Origin: Mytilus californianus
Taxonomy: Eukaryota
Length of the DNA: 64,000 nucleotides
Assembly: GCF_021869535.1 (NCBI RefSeq)
Contig: NW_026262734.1
Coordinates: forward strand, 35,650,001-35,714,000
Direction: 5' to 3'
In this document: piece by piece, positions 51,901 to 62,308 of the stretch
Layout: each line of letters begins with the position of its first letter
Position numbering within the stretch: the stretch's first letter is position 1
Position numbers and translations under genes: made by a program
The notes under the pieces: model-generated
Told to the model about the DNA's origin: nothing
What the model saw: only the letters and a program-made list of their open reading frames with translations
Databases searched by the model: none

Positions 51901-54900
51901 ATAACTTGTGTGTAAGTGTTTGGATATTTCTGAAATTGTACTACAAGGTTCCATATCACAAGGGGAAAGCTGGAATTGAGTTTGGGGGTAATTGCCCGAA
52001 ACGTTTAGGAATTGGGGGCCAAAAAGGGGCCAAAAATAAGCATTTTTCTAGTTTCCAGACAATAACTAGTGTTCAAGTGTATGGATCTCTCTGAAATTGT
52101 ACTGCAAGGTACCATACCACAAAGGGAAGGCTGGGATTGAGTTTGGGGGTGATGAATCATAAGGGGGTTCAAAAAATTTGGGGGGGGAATTTTTTTTTTT
52201 TCTTTTTTTCCTTTTTTTTTTCTTTTAAAATTTTCCATTTTAAGTTGGTTATTTCTGATTAATATTTAAAAGCAAATAATAATGATATGGTAGGAGATAC
52301 ACACCAAACAGGATGTGTAAATTATTATATAATAAGTATTGTGCAATAGCAAGAAATTTTCAATTGCACAGTATTGCACAATTGCAAGAAATCTTCAATT
52401 GCACAGTATTGCGCAATAGCAAGAAATCTTCAATTGCACAGTATTGCGCAATAGCAAGAAATATCCAATAGCACAATATTGCGCAATAGCAAGAAATTGT
52501 CAATTGTACAGTATTGCACAATAGCAAGAAATATTCAATTGCACAGTATTGTGCAAAAGAAGATACTTCGTATAAATTGCTTTTTTCTTGATCAATTTGA
52601 ATGGGGTTTTATTCTTGAATTCTTGGGGTTCTTTAATATGCTGAATCTAACCGTGTATTAAGTTTTTGGATTTTGGGCCCCGTTTTTAAATTGGTCCACA
52701 TTGAGGTCCAAAGGGTCCAAAATTTAACTTTGTTTGATTTCATCAAAAATTGAATTATTGGGGTTCTTTGATATGCCGAATCTAACCGTGTATTTAGATT
52801 CTTAATTTTTGGTTCCGTTTTCAAATTGGTCTACATTAAGGTCAAAAGGGTCCAAAATTAAACTTAGTTTGATTTTAACAAAAATTGAATTTTTAGGGTA
52901 CTTTGATATGCTGAATCTAAACATGTATTTAGATTTTTGATTATGGGCCCAGTTTTCAAGTTGGTCCAAATCGGGGTCCAAAATTAAACTTTGTTTGATT
53001 TCAACAAAAATTGAATATATGGGGTTCTTTGATATGCTGAATCTAACCATGTATTTAGATTTTTGATTTTTGGGCCCCGTTATCAACTTTGTCCACATTG
53101 AGGTCAAAAGGGTCCAAAATTAAACTTTGTTTGATTTCATCAAAAATTGAATTCTTGGGGTTCTTTGATATGCTGAATCTAACCATGTATTTAGATTTTT
53201 TATTTGTGGACCGGCTATCAAATTGGTTCATATTGAAGTCAAAAGGGTCCAAAATTAAACTTTGTTTGATTTCATCAAAAATTGAATTATTGGGGTTCTT
53301 TGATATGCCAAATCTAACCGTGTATTCAGATTTTTAATTTTGGGTCCCGTTTTTAAATTGGTCTACATTAAGGTCCAAAGGGTCCAAAATTAAACTTAGT
53401 TTGATTTTAACAAAAATTGAATTCTTGGGGTTCTTTGATATGCTGAATCTAAACATGTGTTTAGATTTTTTATTATGGGCCCAGTTTTCAAGTTGGTCCA
53501 AGTTGGGGTCCAAAATTAAACTTTGTTTGATTTCAACAAAAATTGAATATATGGGGTTCTTTGATATGCTGAATCTAAACATGTATTTAGATTTTAGATT
53601 TTTGGCCCAGTTTTCAAGTTGGTCCAAATTGGGGTCCAAAATTAAACTTTGTTTGATTTCAACAAAAATTGAATATAAGGGGTTCTTTGATATGCTGAAT
53701 CTTACCATGTATTTAGATTTTTTATTTGTGGGCCCGCTATCAAATTGGTTCATATTGAGGTCAAAAGGGTCCAAAATTAAACTTTGTTTGATTTCATCAA
53801 AAATTTAATTATTGGGGTTCTTTGATATGCCAAATCTAACCGTGTATTTAGATTTTTAATTTTGGGTCCCGTTTTTTAAATTGGTCTACATTAAGGTCCA
53901 AAGGGTCCAAAATTAAACTTAGTTTGATTTTAACAAAAATTGAATTTTTTGGGTTCTTTGATATGCTGAATCTAAACATGTGTTTAGATTTTTTATTATG
54001 GGACCAGTTTTCAAGTTGGTCCAAGTTGGGGTCCAAAATTAAACTTTGTTTGATTTCAACAAAAATTGAATATATGGGGTTCTTTGATATGCTGAATCTA
54101 AACATGTATTTAGATTTTAGATTTTTGGCCCAGTTTTCAAGTTGGTCCAAATTGGGGTCCAAAATTAAACTTTGTTTGATTTCAACAAAAATTGAATATA
54201 TGGGGTTCTTTGATATGCTGAATCTTACCATGTATTTAGATTTTTTATTTTGTGGGCCCGCTATCAAATTGGTTCATATTGAGGTCAAAAGGGTCCAAAA
54301 TTAAACTTTGTTTGATTTCATCAAAAATTGAATTATTGGGGTTCTTTGATATGCCAAATCTAACCGTGTTTTTAGATTTTTAATTTTGGGTCCCGTTTTT
54401 TAAATTGGTCTACATTAAGGTCCAAAGGGTCCAAAATTAAACTTAGTTTGATTTTAACAAAAATTGAATTCTTGGGGTACTTTGATATGCTGAATCTAAA
54501 CATGTGTTTAGATTTTTTATTATGGGACCAGTTTTCAAGTTTGTTCAAGTTGGGGTCCAAAATTAAACTTTGTTTGATTTAAAAAAAAATTGAATATATG
54601 GGGTTCTTTGATATGCTGAATCTAACCATGTATTTTGATTTTGGACATTGGACCATAATAGGTAAATTAAAAAAATTGAAGTTCTTAGACCACATTCTTT
54701 CTGTGTCAGAACGCAGAGTTGGAAATTATAGCCCGCCCGACCGCCCGAGACGGCCTATTTTACGATCGGGCGGTCAAAAATTAAATTTCAACAGTCCGGT
54801 GGACGGTCTATTTTTGAAGGTGGCTGGGATTACCTTTTTCTATTTTTGGAATGAGTTCTCAGTATTACCCCATTCATAACAGCACGTAAGAAACATGACT

Positions 54901-57900
54901 GTCAATTAACCTTGTACTACCACGTGTTTCCACACGATTTCTGCAGGGAACATGGTGATACCTGTTGTTTGTAAGATCCGCACTCATTGGCTTGTTGGTA
55001 TCGAATCGTCCAATCACGATCGCGTTTATTGAATAAAAAATAAATATATATAAATAAATTTGTTTTGGTAAACTCGATGTCTTTAAGACAGTACTTGGGC
55101 CTTTTGTCGCCGAAAAAGCGAACTGCTGTTGAATCAACAGAAAAAAATAAATTGTATGATCAGTCTAAGAGGAAGCGGGTAATTGTTCCTGGTTGGAAAA
55201 CGGAGTTCGAGTGGTTGATTTGTGACGACTCGCATGGTAAAATATTTTGTCAACCATGCCGTTCAGCGTATGGGCCCTTGGCTGTCAGAAAAGTACCTGA
55301 AAGATTTCGGCGATATGCAAAAGGCCCGTTTGTAGTTGGTTGTGCAAATTTAAGGCACGATGCCCTTACTACACATGCAAAATCCGATGGCCACAACTAC
55401 GCAGTTGAATTTCTGAAAAATCGAGGACAACCAACAGGAGAGAGTGTAGCTGAAAAAACAGTACAAACCCTCAACAAGGCATCATTTCATAGACTTGAAA
55501 AACTATTTAGGAATGTACATGCCATAGCGAAAAAGTCACGGCCTATTTCTGATTATACATGGCAATGTGAGCTTGACATCCAAAAGGGTATTGACTTAGG
55601 AGACACCTACAGAAACACCAAAAGTTGCAAGGAATTTCTGGTTGCTATTTCGGAAATTGAAAGGGGTAAAATTGAGGAAAAGATTGAACTAGCCAAATTT
55701 TATACCCTTATGTCTGATGGATCCACTGATGTTTCCGTTATTGAAAATGAAATTGTCTACATTCATTTTGCGCATAGAGGTATTGCCTACTGCTATTTCC
55801 TTGGGCTCATTCAGTGTGAGTCTGCTGATTCCAAAGGAATATATGCAGCAATTCTACAAGCTTTGAATTTCAAGAACTTGACGGTCAATGATATTCTTAA
55901 GAGAACCGTAGGATTTGCTGGGGATGGCGCATCAGTGAACACGGGACAGCTGAATGGTGTTATTGCACATTTTCGAGAAAATGCTTCCTCTTCTGTAGTC
56001 ATGGTCCAGTGCATGTCACATAGAATTGAACTTGCATACAAAACTGCTTTCAAGGTATAAAAAGAACAAATTATTAGGTTTGTCTTGTGTTTATTTTTAC
56101 TTTATTCTTTTACTAATAAGGGTATGTTCTTTACTAGTATACTGTTAATTGAGGTACGTTTGACTAGATTAAATGCAATCCAAACATTATTATTTACAAC
56201 TTCTGGTTTTTCTGTTAAAGTCTCCAATTTTTATCATTTTGTGTATCAATCTTACACTGCCACAACAATAAAATAAATTATAAATTAAATTTAAATAATA
56301 CTTCATTCTTCAACATTATGTCATATTCATAACAGTAATACATGAAAAATTTTACAATAGTTATGTAGCTCTCTAATAATCCAAAATAATTCCAAAAATC
56401 CACTTTTAGGTAGCTCCAGTTTTTACTAAAGTCTTTAGTCTCCTAGATGATCTGTTTAAATTTTACCACAAAAGTCCTAAACAGACAAGCAACTTGAAGC
56501 AGACCTTTACCGCACTCAAGATCAAACAGACAATGCCAACAAGGATTGGTGGTACCCGATGGTTAGGACATGTTCAGACTGCCCTAAACAGTCTCTGGAA
56601 GGGATATCCTGCATTTGTCACTCATCTTGGACAGGTAACCATAACGAATTGTCAATGCACTTAGATTTAGAATTAAAAATAATTTGGCTTCGAGCATCAC
56701 TGAAGAGACATTAATTGTTGCTATGTGCATCTGCCAAATCTGGTCACTCACTCACTGATGCAGCAAAATTGGTATTTTTAATTTTACATGATTTTTCAAT
56801 TTATTTTATATTTAAAAAATGAGTACCATACATGTAAGGTTTGTAATACTTTTCTCATACATCAGACAATGATTTTATATTTATACTTTGCCAAGTGAAT
56901 TTTTCAATGAAGACAGTATTTTTTATATTTTATGCTTTAGCTTTCTTTTGATTTTCTATGAACTCATTCCCTCTTAACTGGTAGTCTGAGTCTGTGCATT
57001 ACTTATATACTACATGTACACATTTCTTTTTCAGGTTTCATTACACAACACTCAGAGTGCTACACAATCCAAGGCAAAGTATCTTCTTAAACTTCTCAGA
57101 AGCAAGAGTGTTATTGTATTTGCCCATTTCATTAATGATGTTGTCAATGTACTGACCAAGCTTTCCATGTGCCTGCAGCAGAGAGCTACTTGCCTTTATG
57201 AAGTTCACCAGGATCTAGAGTGTACCATAGCCAATATACAAAAACTAGAAGCAAGGTTCATTTCTATTCAGCTTTAAACATAATACAGGCTTGCACATTA
57301 TCAGCTTCATTTTCTCTTTGTTTGTCCTTTACCAATAACTTTTTTATTGAAACTTATCCAGATATCACTTACATGTTTTAATAATCTTTTATTATTTTTT
57401 TTCAAGTGTCATTCACTTCTTACAGTGCAGTTCTTAGGAAAGGACAAACAATTAGACCTTAGTCTATTAACCATGTAGAGTAGACCATATTTTTTTAATA
57501 CACTTCTATATCATATGCTTTTAATACACTTCTATATCATATGCTTTTAATACACTTCTATATCATGTGCTTTTAATACGTCTTACCTCATGTAATATAT
57601 GCATGTCATGTATAATAATCTGCTTTAAATCTAAAAACCTAATGCACTAATTATATATCTGCATATGATTGACAGATTATTTTTTGTTGATCATGGACTC
57701 GTGTTAATATTCACAGCTAACTTTTTTATAGGCCAGGTCCAGAATTAAGGAAAGTTAGAGAAATTATTAGTAATGATGGCAAATTTGAAGGTGAACTCCT
57801 TGTGGGAAATGATGATTGTGAGGGCCAAACAGTAAAGGTCTTAAAAGCTTTGGTTGAGAGTCTTCAAAAGAGGTTTAAGGATGTAACAGAAGGTGTAAAA

Positions 57901-60900
57901 CAAGCTACCAAGATTGCTGATTTAGCCTCATGGCCTGCAACTATTGATAATGAACCTGGTATATTTGAAAAAATCAGGGCAGATCTGTTCTTTTAAAAAT
58001 TAATTTCTTAATTAACACTATCATGCTGATTTTTGTTTTTATAAAAGTCATATTTTATAATGCTTTGCAAACAGAAATTAATTTTCAAATTCCTTGAAAT
58101 GTTGATTTCTCTACAAACCTGAAAATAAAGATAGATATTGGTGAACCATATAGACTAAATATACAGTTTTCTCTGTGCTACAGCAGCAGTTCCAAATTTC
58201 CAGACAGTTTGTTATTTCTAAGTACATGTACCTAATGTATTTGCAGATTACAATCACAGATCTTTGACATTGCAGATTTTCAATTTTATTTAATAAATTT
58301 GCAAATTTGATTTGAAATTGGAAGTGTTATCTATTGCAGAGTTTGGTGATGAAATGGTGAGCAATCTGGTTGACCACTATAGACAGTTATTGGATCAGAC
58401 TGATGGTGTAGATGTAAGCAACATAGAACCAGAGTGGACAATATTAAAGAACCTATTGTATAAAAAGTGAGTTAAACTGCAATTAGAATTCAGTATTAAA
58501 TGTCAAAAATGCTGAGTTTTGGTGAAAAAAAATGTTCAAGTATTTTTTGTTTTACAGATAAAGGGCTTTGAAAAGTAAACCAAATTGCTTATACCATCTC
58601 TATTCATGATTCATGCAATGATAATTGCTGTATGTCAAAACACATTGTTTTAAATATTTTATGGCTATGTATCTATTTTCAGTCATAAAGTCCATGAGAT
58701 GAATTGGAGCACAATCAATGATCTGTACCAAGACAAGTGTGCCAATGCACTGAATGTAATAGATCTAGTGTTGAGTCTACCAGCAGGAACATCAGAATGT
58801 GAGAGGGGATTCTCACAAATGAAAATTATCAAAAACCAATGGCGTAATAAACTGAAGTCTACATCAATGACATTACTGATGACAATACAATTGCATTCAG
58901 ATCCAATTACACAATTTAACCCTGAACATGCAATCCACCAATGGAACAAGGGGGCTAGAAGACGACCAAACTTCATGCAAAAAAAGGTGAAAAAAACTGT
59001 TGTTCAACAGATGGAAGAAATAATGAATGTCATTGAGGATGAAACACAAGAACTTACAAATACTGTAGATAATTTGGAAACTGCTGCTTCCTGCCCTGAC
59101 AAAGCTGCTGACTCTGACAATGATTCTTGTTTTTCTGACATGGAGGAGGGATTTTATTCTGGTGATGAGATTGGTACTGGTAGTGACAGGAGTGACATTG
59201 ACTGAGTTTCAAATATTGTGAAAATGAGGAGCAATAAAATTATAAATGAAACCAAAATTTTATTTTTATTTGCTTAAAAGTAATTTTGTGGAACAAAGGT
59301 ACAAACAAAGGCATGCTGAATTACACTGAAGACAAACTAACACCCCCCAGTGCCCACCCCAAATTCTAAAAATGAAATCACACCTTGCTTCTGAACAAAT
59401 GGTCATTAGGCTTAGCAGTGTCTGCTTAAATGTGCACTTGTGAGTCTTGTTGCAGTGTGTTTTACATAAGCAGTCATAAGTCATTTTCATCACAAAAAAT
59501 CCTGAAGTTTATCTAATAATACTTCTAGTCATTAAAACATCTCAAAACACAAAAACATAATTTAGAATCTTGAAGGAAAATGGGTTGGATTTTTATTGCA
59601 TTAATTTTCAGGGCTGGTAAATTTTGATCAGGACAGGTAATTTTTTTATGCAGCCAGCCCTGTGGTCTGGTAGACATTTCCAGTGAGTTTCCTACCCTGC
59701 AGAACGTATGCTGTGTCAAATATTTAATCACAATCCAAATTCAGAGCTGTATCAAGCTTGAATGTTGTGTCCATACTTGCCCCAACTGTTCAGGGTTCGA
59801 CCTCTGCGGTCGTATCAAGCTGTGCCCAGCGAAGCATTTTATTATACATTGTACCTTTGTTTTGTTGATTTTTGGTTGCTTAACATCCATTGGTAAACAT
59901 TTCAAGTTCAATACTAGTTTTGAATAGAAGTCAACTATACATGCTTCTGAAACAATTAATGTATAACACTATATATTCATATATTTCAGGTACATGTATG
60001 ATGATGAAGGCCTCCCAGAATGGTTTGTTATGGATGAATCAAAGCATACCAAACGGGATTTACCTGTCACAAAGGTAAGGTATTTACTGTTCATATGTAT
60101 GTTCTGGCAATTTTCCTTTTATGAAAGAACCTTTTTGAAAAACTCAGTTTGGTCATGCTGTATTTATCAGAGGGTATTGCCCCAGTTATGATATTTTTTG
60201 CGACATTGTAATGGAAAAGAAGTAATATGGTGTATTAATGCATGTAAAAAAAAAGATTCAGACATTTGAACAAGCACAAAGTATAGGAACACCGCTTTTA
60301 TTGCCTGTCTTATTATCAAAGTCACAATGAGGACTTTAGCAAAGTACAAAGGCTTACATCTCACTAACTATTTCAGACAGCCAATAGCTTTTTTGAACCA
60401 AATTTCTGGCTTGATGTTGATAATTTAACACCTATGCATTGAAGAACACTGGTTTGAGTAATATTTAATAATTATAGACCAAAGAAATCTTACAAATAAT
60501 GTCAATAGTTTTCTTAATGATCTGATACATACAAACATTAAAACATTTGTGTTAACAGTCAAAGATAGTTAACCAGTAATTGATGAGTTGCCAGGGCCAA
60601 CAGTTTATACAGGAGTGGTCAAATTTAACATTTCGTTTCACCTAAACTGAAAGAATAACTATATCTAAGTAAATGTGTATGATTTAAGGATGAAGTTCAG
60701 AAGAATAAAATGATAAAAATAAATGCATGTAAATGTGTATGATTTAAGGATGAAGTTCAGGAGTATAAAGTGATAAAAATAAATGCATGTAAATGTGTAT
60801 GATTAAAGGATGAAGTTCAGGAGTATAAAATAATAAAATAAAAGCATGTAAATGTGTATGATTAAAGGATGAAGTTCAGGAGTATAAAATAATAAAATAA

Positions 60901-61957
60901 AAGCATGTAAATGTGTATGATTTAAGGATGAAGTTCAGGAGTATAAAATAATAAAATAAAAGCATGTAAATGTGTATGATTTAAGGATGAAGTTCAGGAG
61001 TATAAAATAATAAAATAAAAGCATGTAAATGTGTTTGATTTAAGGATGAAGTTCAGGAGTATAAAATGAAGATGAAAGATATAGATGCTCGTCCTATCAA
61101 GAAAGTAGCAGAGGCCAAGGCTCGAAAAAAACATAGGGTGAGTACATGTCTTATCCATTAAGTTATGTCATTATTAAGAACCTTGATTATAACTTGTTCT
61201 GGTTCTGACTGAGCTGTTATTGTGCTAGGTATTAAGTAGACCTTTATGTCTAGTATTTGGGAACACTAAAATTAGGGAATTTTTAAATGTGATTTTGAAT
61301 TTATTAGGAAGGAAAATTTTATGTTGAACTTTACATAACTGGCAATTCTACAAAATTTGAATAAGATTTTTTTGGAGGTAGGGCTATATGGATAATTGTT
61401 TTGCAGGTTAACCCATGAATGTCTGTTTGACAGAAAAAAATCAAGAATTGATCATTGTATCAAAAATTATAAAAAGCTGGATACATTTCAGAAATAGTAC
61501 AGGTATTTTTAATATATTTTTACACTATGTAGTTTAACAGCATAAAAGTTCCTACATAACCATAAACTTTCATATCTTTTGACCCTTGCATCTTAAAGGA
61601 AAGTAGTGGAACTTAAAATAGCTTGTTACCATAAACTAGGCTACTGTAAACCTTAACTTTGATATATAAGACATAAAAATTCCAATATTAATTGACTAGG
61701 TTGTCAGTTTTCCTGCTGAAAGTCGGTGGTTTCTCCACCTTCCTACACCAATACAAACTGACTGTTATGATATAGCAAATAGTACTGAAAGTAGTTTAAA
61801 ACAATCAAGTAATCAATCAGAAATTTCAATTTTCAGTATAAAATCCTTTTTGTTGATTGTAGGAAGGTAAACGCTTAGATAGAGCCAGGAAGAGAGCTGA
61901 AGCCATCTCTGACACAGTAGATATTACTGAGAGAGATAAAATGCAGCAGATTAAACA
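24948..61957 (+). CDS. FTSJ3: pre-rRNA 2'-O-ribose methyltransferase FTSJ3/SPB1 (3'-incomplete in window). Exons: 24948-25014, 26250-26402, 27181-27260, 32269-32368, 33021-33333, 37037-37145, 37772-37872, 41194-41262, 42109-42216, 42814-42949, 45117-45337, 45599-45698, 48275-48662, 49207-49309, 59990-60074, 61045-61137, 61863-61957
   Basis: [80 protein letters not shown], then acidic/lysine-rich segments and [20 protein letters not shown]. All introns are GT-AG and the phases join without stops (2321 nt). Confidence 0.95.
25790..26200 (-). mobile_element. Degenerate LINE (CR1/L2-type) RT C-terminal fragment in FTSJ3 intron 1
   Basis: Minus translation [55 protein letters not shown], with stops and frameshifts. 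Confidence 0.8.
29892..30877 (+). mobile_element. HINE-like element with degenerate internal tandem repeats
   Basis: Starts TTTTTGTCTTGCC..GTGAGACATA and ends AGGCAAAACAT; repeats contain TCATGGT..TTGACTTTGAA. Related to 45740-46380. Confidence 0.55.
31630..32075. mobile_element. Non-autonomous element with a central long palindrome, class uncertain
   Basis: GATATTTATCCACTCGAGACAGT...AACTGTCGAGAGTGGATAAATATC inverted arms around CGAGGCTCG. Confidence 0.5.
32687..32957 (+). mobile_element. Short HINE-like element
   Basis: ATGCCCC..GGGGCAT 5' hairpin, GTCC/GTAC microsatellite-like tract, 3' palindrome TGTGTCC..GGACACA. Confidence 0.55.
35895..36889 (+). mobile_element. HINE with about 4 copies of a ~160-bp repeat
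   Basis: T-run, subTIR ATACACCCGTC with hairpin GACGGG, (GTCT)n tract, units at 36150/36312/36475/36633/36792, 3' GGGCGTAT plus hairpin and T-run. Confidence 0.8.
38434..40318 (-). pseudogene. ZNF862-like hAT transposase pseudogene (exon 40318-39870 with a frameshift near 40090; intron 39869-39507; exon from 39506, truncated)
   Basis: TTF-type zinc finger [41 protein letters not shown]. The C-terminal catalytic E and hATC domain are missing. Confidence 0.85.
38434..40752 (-). mobile_element. 3'-truncated hAT (ZNF862-like) element
   Basis: 5' end CAGTGATTTTGCTAG at 40752. GTCAGAA flanks both sides (38427-38433, 40753-40759). No 3' TIR. Confidence 0.8.
43301..43345 (+). other. Degenerate minimal hammerhead-ribozyme relic (Penelope/retrozyme type)
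   Basis: TTCGAGCGTAA-CTAATGA-GTC-loop-GAC. CUGAUGA is mutated and GAAA is absent. Confidence 0.35.
43878..44208. mobile_element. Palindromic MITE (~135-bp arms, ~60-bp spacer)
   Basis: The arm CTTGTAGTTTAAA..CTCAAGCATTGTAATTAAGATTGACATCT..GATAGGC is mirrored at about 44080-44208. Confidence 0.8.
44606..44818. mobile_element. Tc1/mariner-type MITE
   Basis: TACTGTGGATTCAT..TATTTTCG / CGAATAATAATGAATCCACA termini in TA context. Confidence 0.65.
45740..46380 (+). mobile_element. HINE-like element with ~190-bp internal repeats
   Basis: 5' hairpin ..GTGAGACATAGG, 3' GGCGAGACATATCTC..ACAGTTT; repeat GGCCCTG..TAGGTCATGGTCCAGTGACT. Confidence 0.6.
46484..47682 (+). mobile_element. Non-autonomous hAT with 5-bp TSD (hAT5-like)
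   Basis: Perfect 15-bp TIR CAGTGTTCCAGCTAG; TSD AACTT (46479-46483, 47683-47687); decayed [10 protein letters not shown] relic near 47330. Confidence 0.9.
49976..51888 (+). mobile_element. Internally deleted hAT with 5-bp TSD (hAT5-like), retaining the C-terminal transposase ORF
   Basis: Perfect TIR CAGTGTTCCAGCTAG; TSD AGTTT (49971-49975, 51889-51893). The ORF ending 51608 has [19 protein letters not shown]; an N-terminal QSITSFFK relic lies near 50515. Confidence 0.9.
52337..52558. repeat. 35-bp minisatellite, about 6 copies
   Basis: Unit GCAATAGCAAGAAATCTTCAATTGCACAGTATTGC. Confidence 0.85.
52600..54640. repeat. Satellite array of 126/135-bp monomers (about 15 copies) with a ~523-bp higher-order repeat
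   Basis: GGGGTTCTTTGATATG recurs every 126-136 bp; the translated ORF pair 53401/53924 shows the 523-bp offset. Confidence 0.9.
55077..59205 (+). CDS. hAT transposase, 766 aa, 6 exons: 55077-56054, 56410-56634, 57035-57255, 57732-57958, 58340-58466, 58683-59205
   Basis: GT-AG introns with consistent phases and no stops. Motifs: zinc finger (FCQPC..HAKSDGH), [31 protein letters not shown] and an acidic tail. AATAAA at 59233. Confidence 0.88.
56684..56735 (+). other. Degenerate minimal hammerhead-ribozyme relic in transposase intron 2
   Basis: CATCA-CTGAAGA-GAC-ATTAATT-GTT-GCTA-TGTGC-ATC. CUGANGA and stem II are kept; GAAA is replaced by GCTA. Confidence 0.4.
60669..61069 (+). repeat. 59-60 bp tandem repeat (7 copies) spanning the FTSJ3 exon-16 splice acceptor
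   Basis: GTAAATGTGTATGATTTAAG|GATGAAGTTCAGGAGTATAAAA starts at 60669, 60729, 60789, 60848, 60907, 60966 and 61025. Confidence 0.95.
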
Positions 61958-62308
61958 GTAAGTTTATTATATAGTGGATAGACTTGGGTTGTTATTGGCT
62001 AATGTATGATTACATGTTAACTCAATGCTTTTCATTGGTATTAGTTCTTACCTCACATGGTCAAAAGGGAAAATGCTATTGCCATCATTCGGTTATGTTA
62101 TAGTCCGTATACTTTCATTCTCGAATTTCCACTCCTAAAAATGGCTTCAAGCTTTTTTGTGAGTGCGGCCACTTGTGTTGTTTCGACACATCTAGTTTCT
62201 TCTTTTCATCATTATTTTGATGCAAGGCATATTTCTGTATTACAAATTTTGTCTTTAGTTGGATGAGAGTAAACATTTTAGTTTTTATGATTTAGATCCA
62301 TCTCTCAT

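Larger units (their letters stand above)
54714..59699 (+). mobile_element. Full-length hAT transposon (ZNF862-like), 4986 bp, 7-bp TSD
   Basis: Imperfect TIR CAGAGTTGGAAATT / AGTTTCCTACCCTG (11/14); TSD CAGAACG (54707-54713, 59700-59706). Confidence 0.9.
49562..59840 (+). mobile_element. Large HINE carrying satellite arrays, interrupted by two hAT insertions
   Basis: T-run plus subTIR ATACGACCGC, internal IR GGTCGTAT (49595), ~160-bp repeats, and 3' GCGGTCGTAT (59806) plus hairpin and T-run. Host sequence rejoins across both hAT TSDs. Confidence 0.85.

Noticed and set aside
52633-54879. Many repetitive ORFs on both strands
   Set aside because: By-products of the satellite monomers.
60669-61069. 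CRISPR-like array
   Set aside because: Eukaryotic intron, no unique spacers; a pure tandem repeat.
25015-61862. Intronic C/D snoRNAs, expected in a ribosome-biogenesis gene
   Set aside because: No convincing RTGATGA..CTGA pair with terminal stem was found by eye; H/ACA cannot be judged without a snoRNA search tool.
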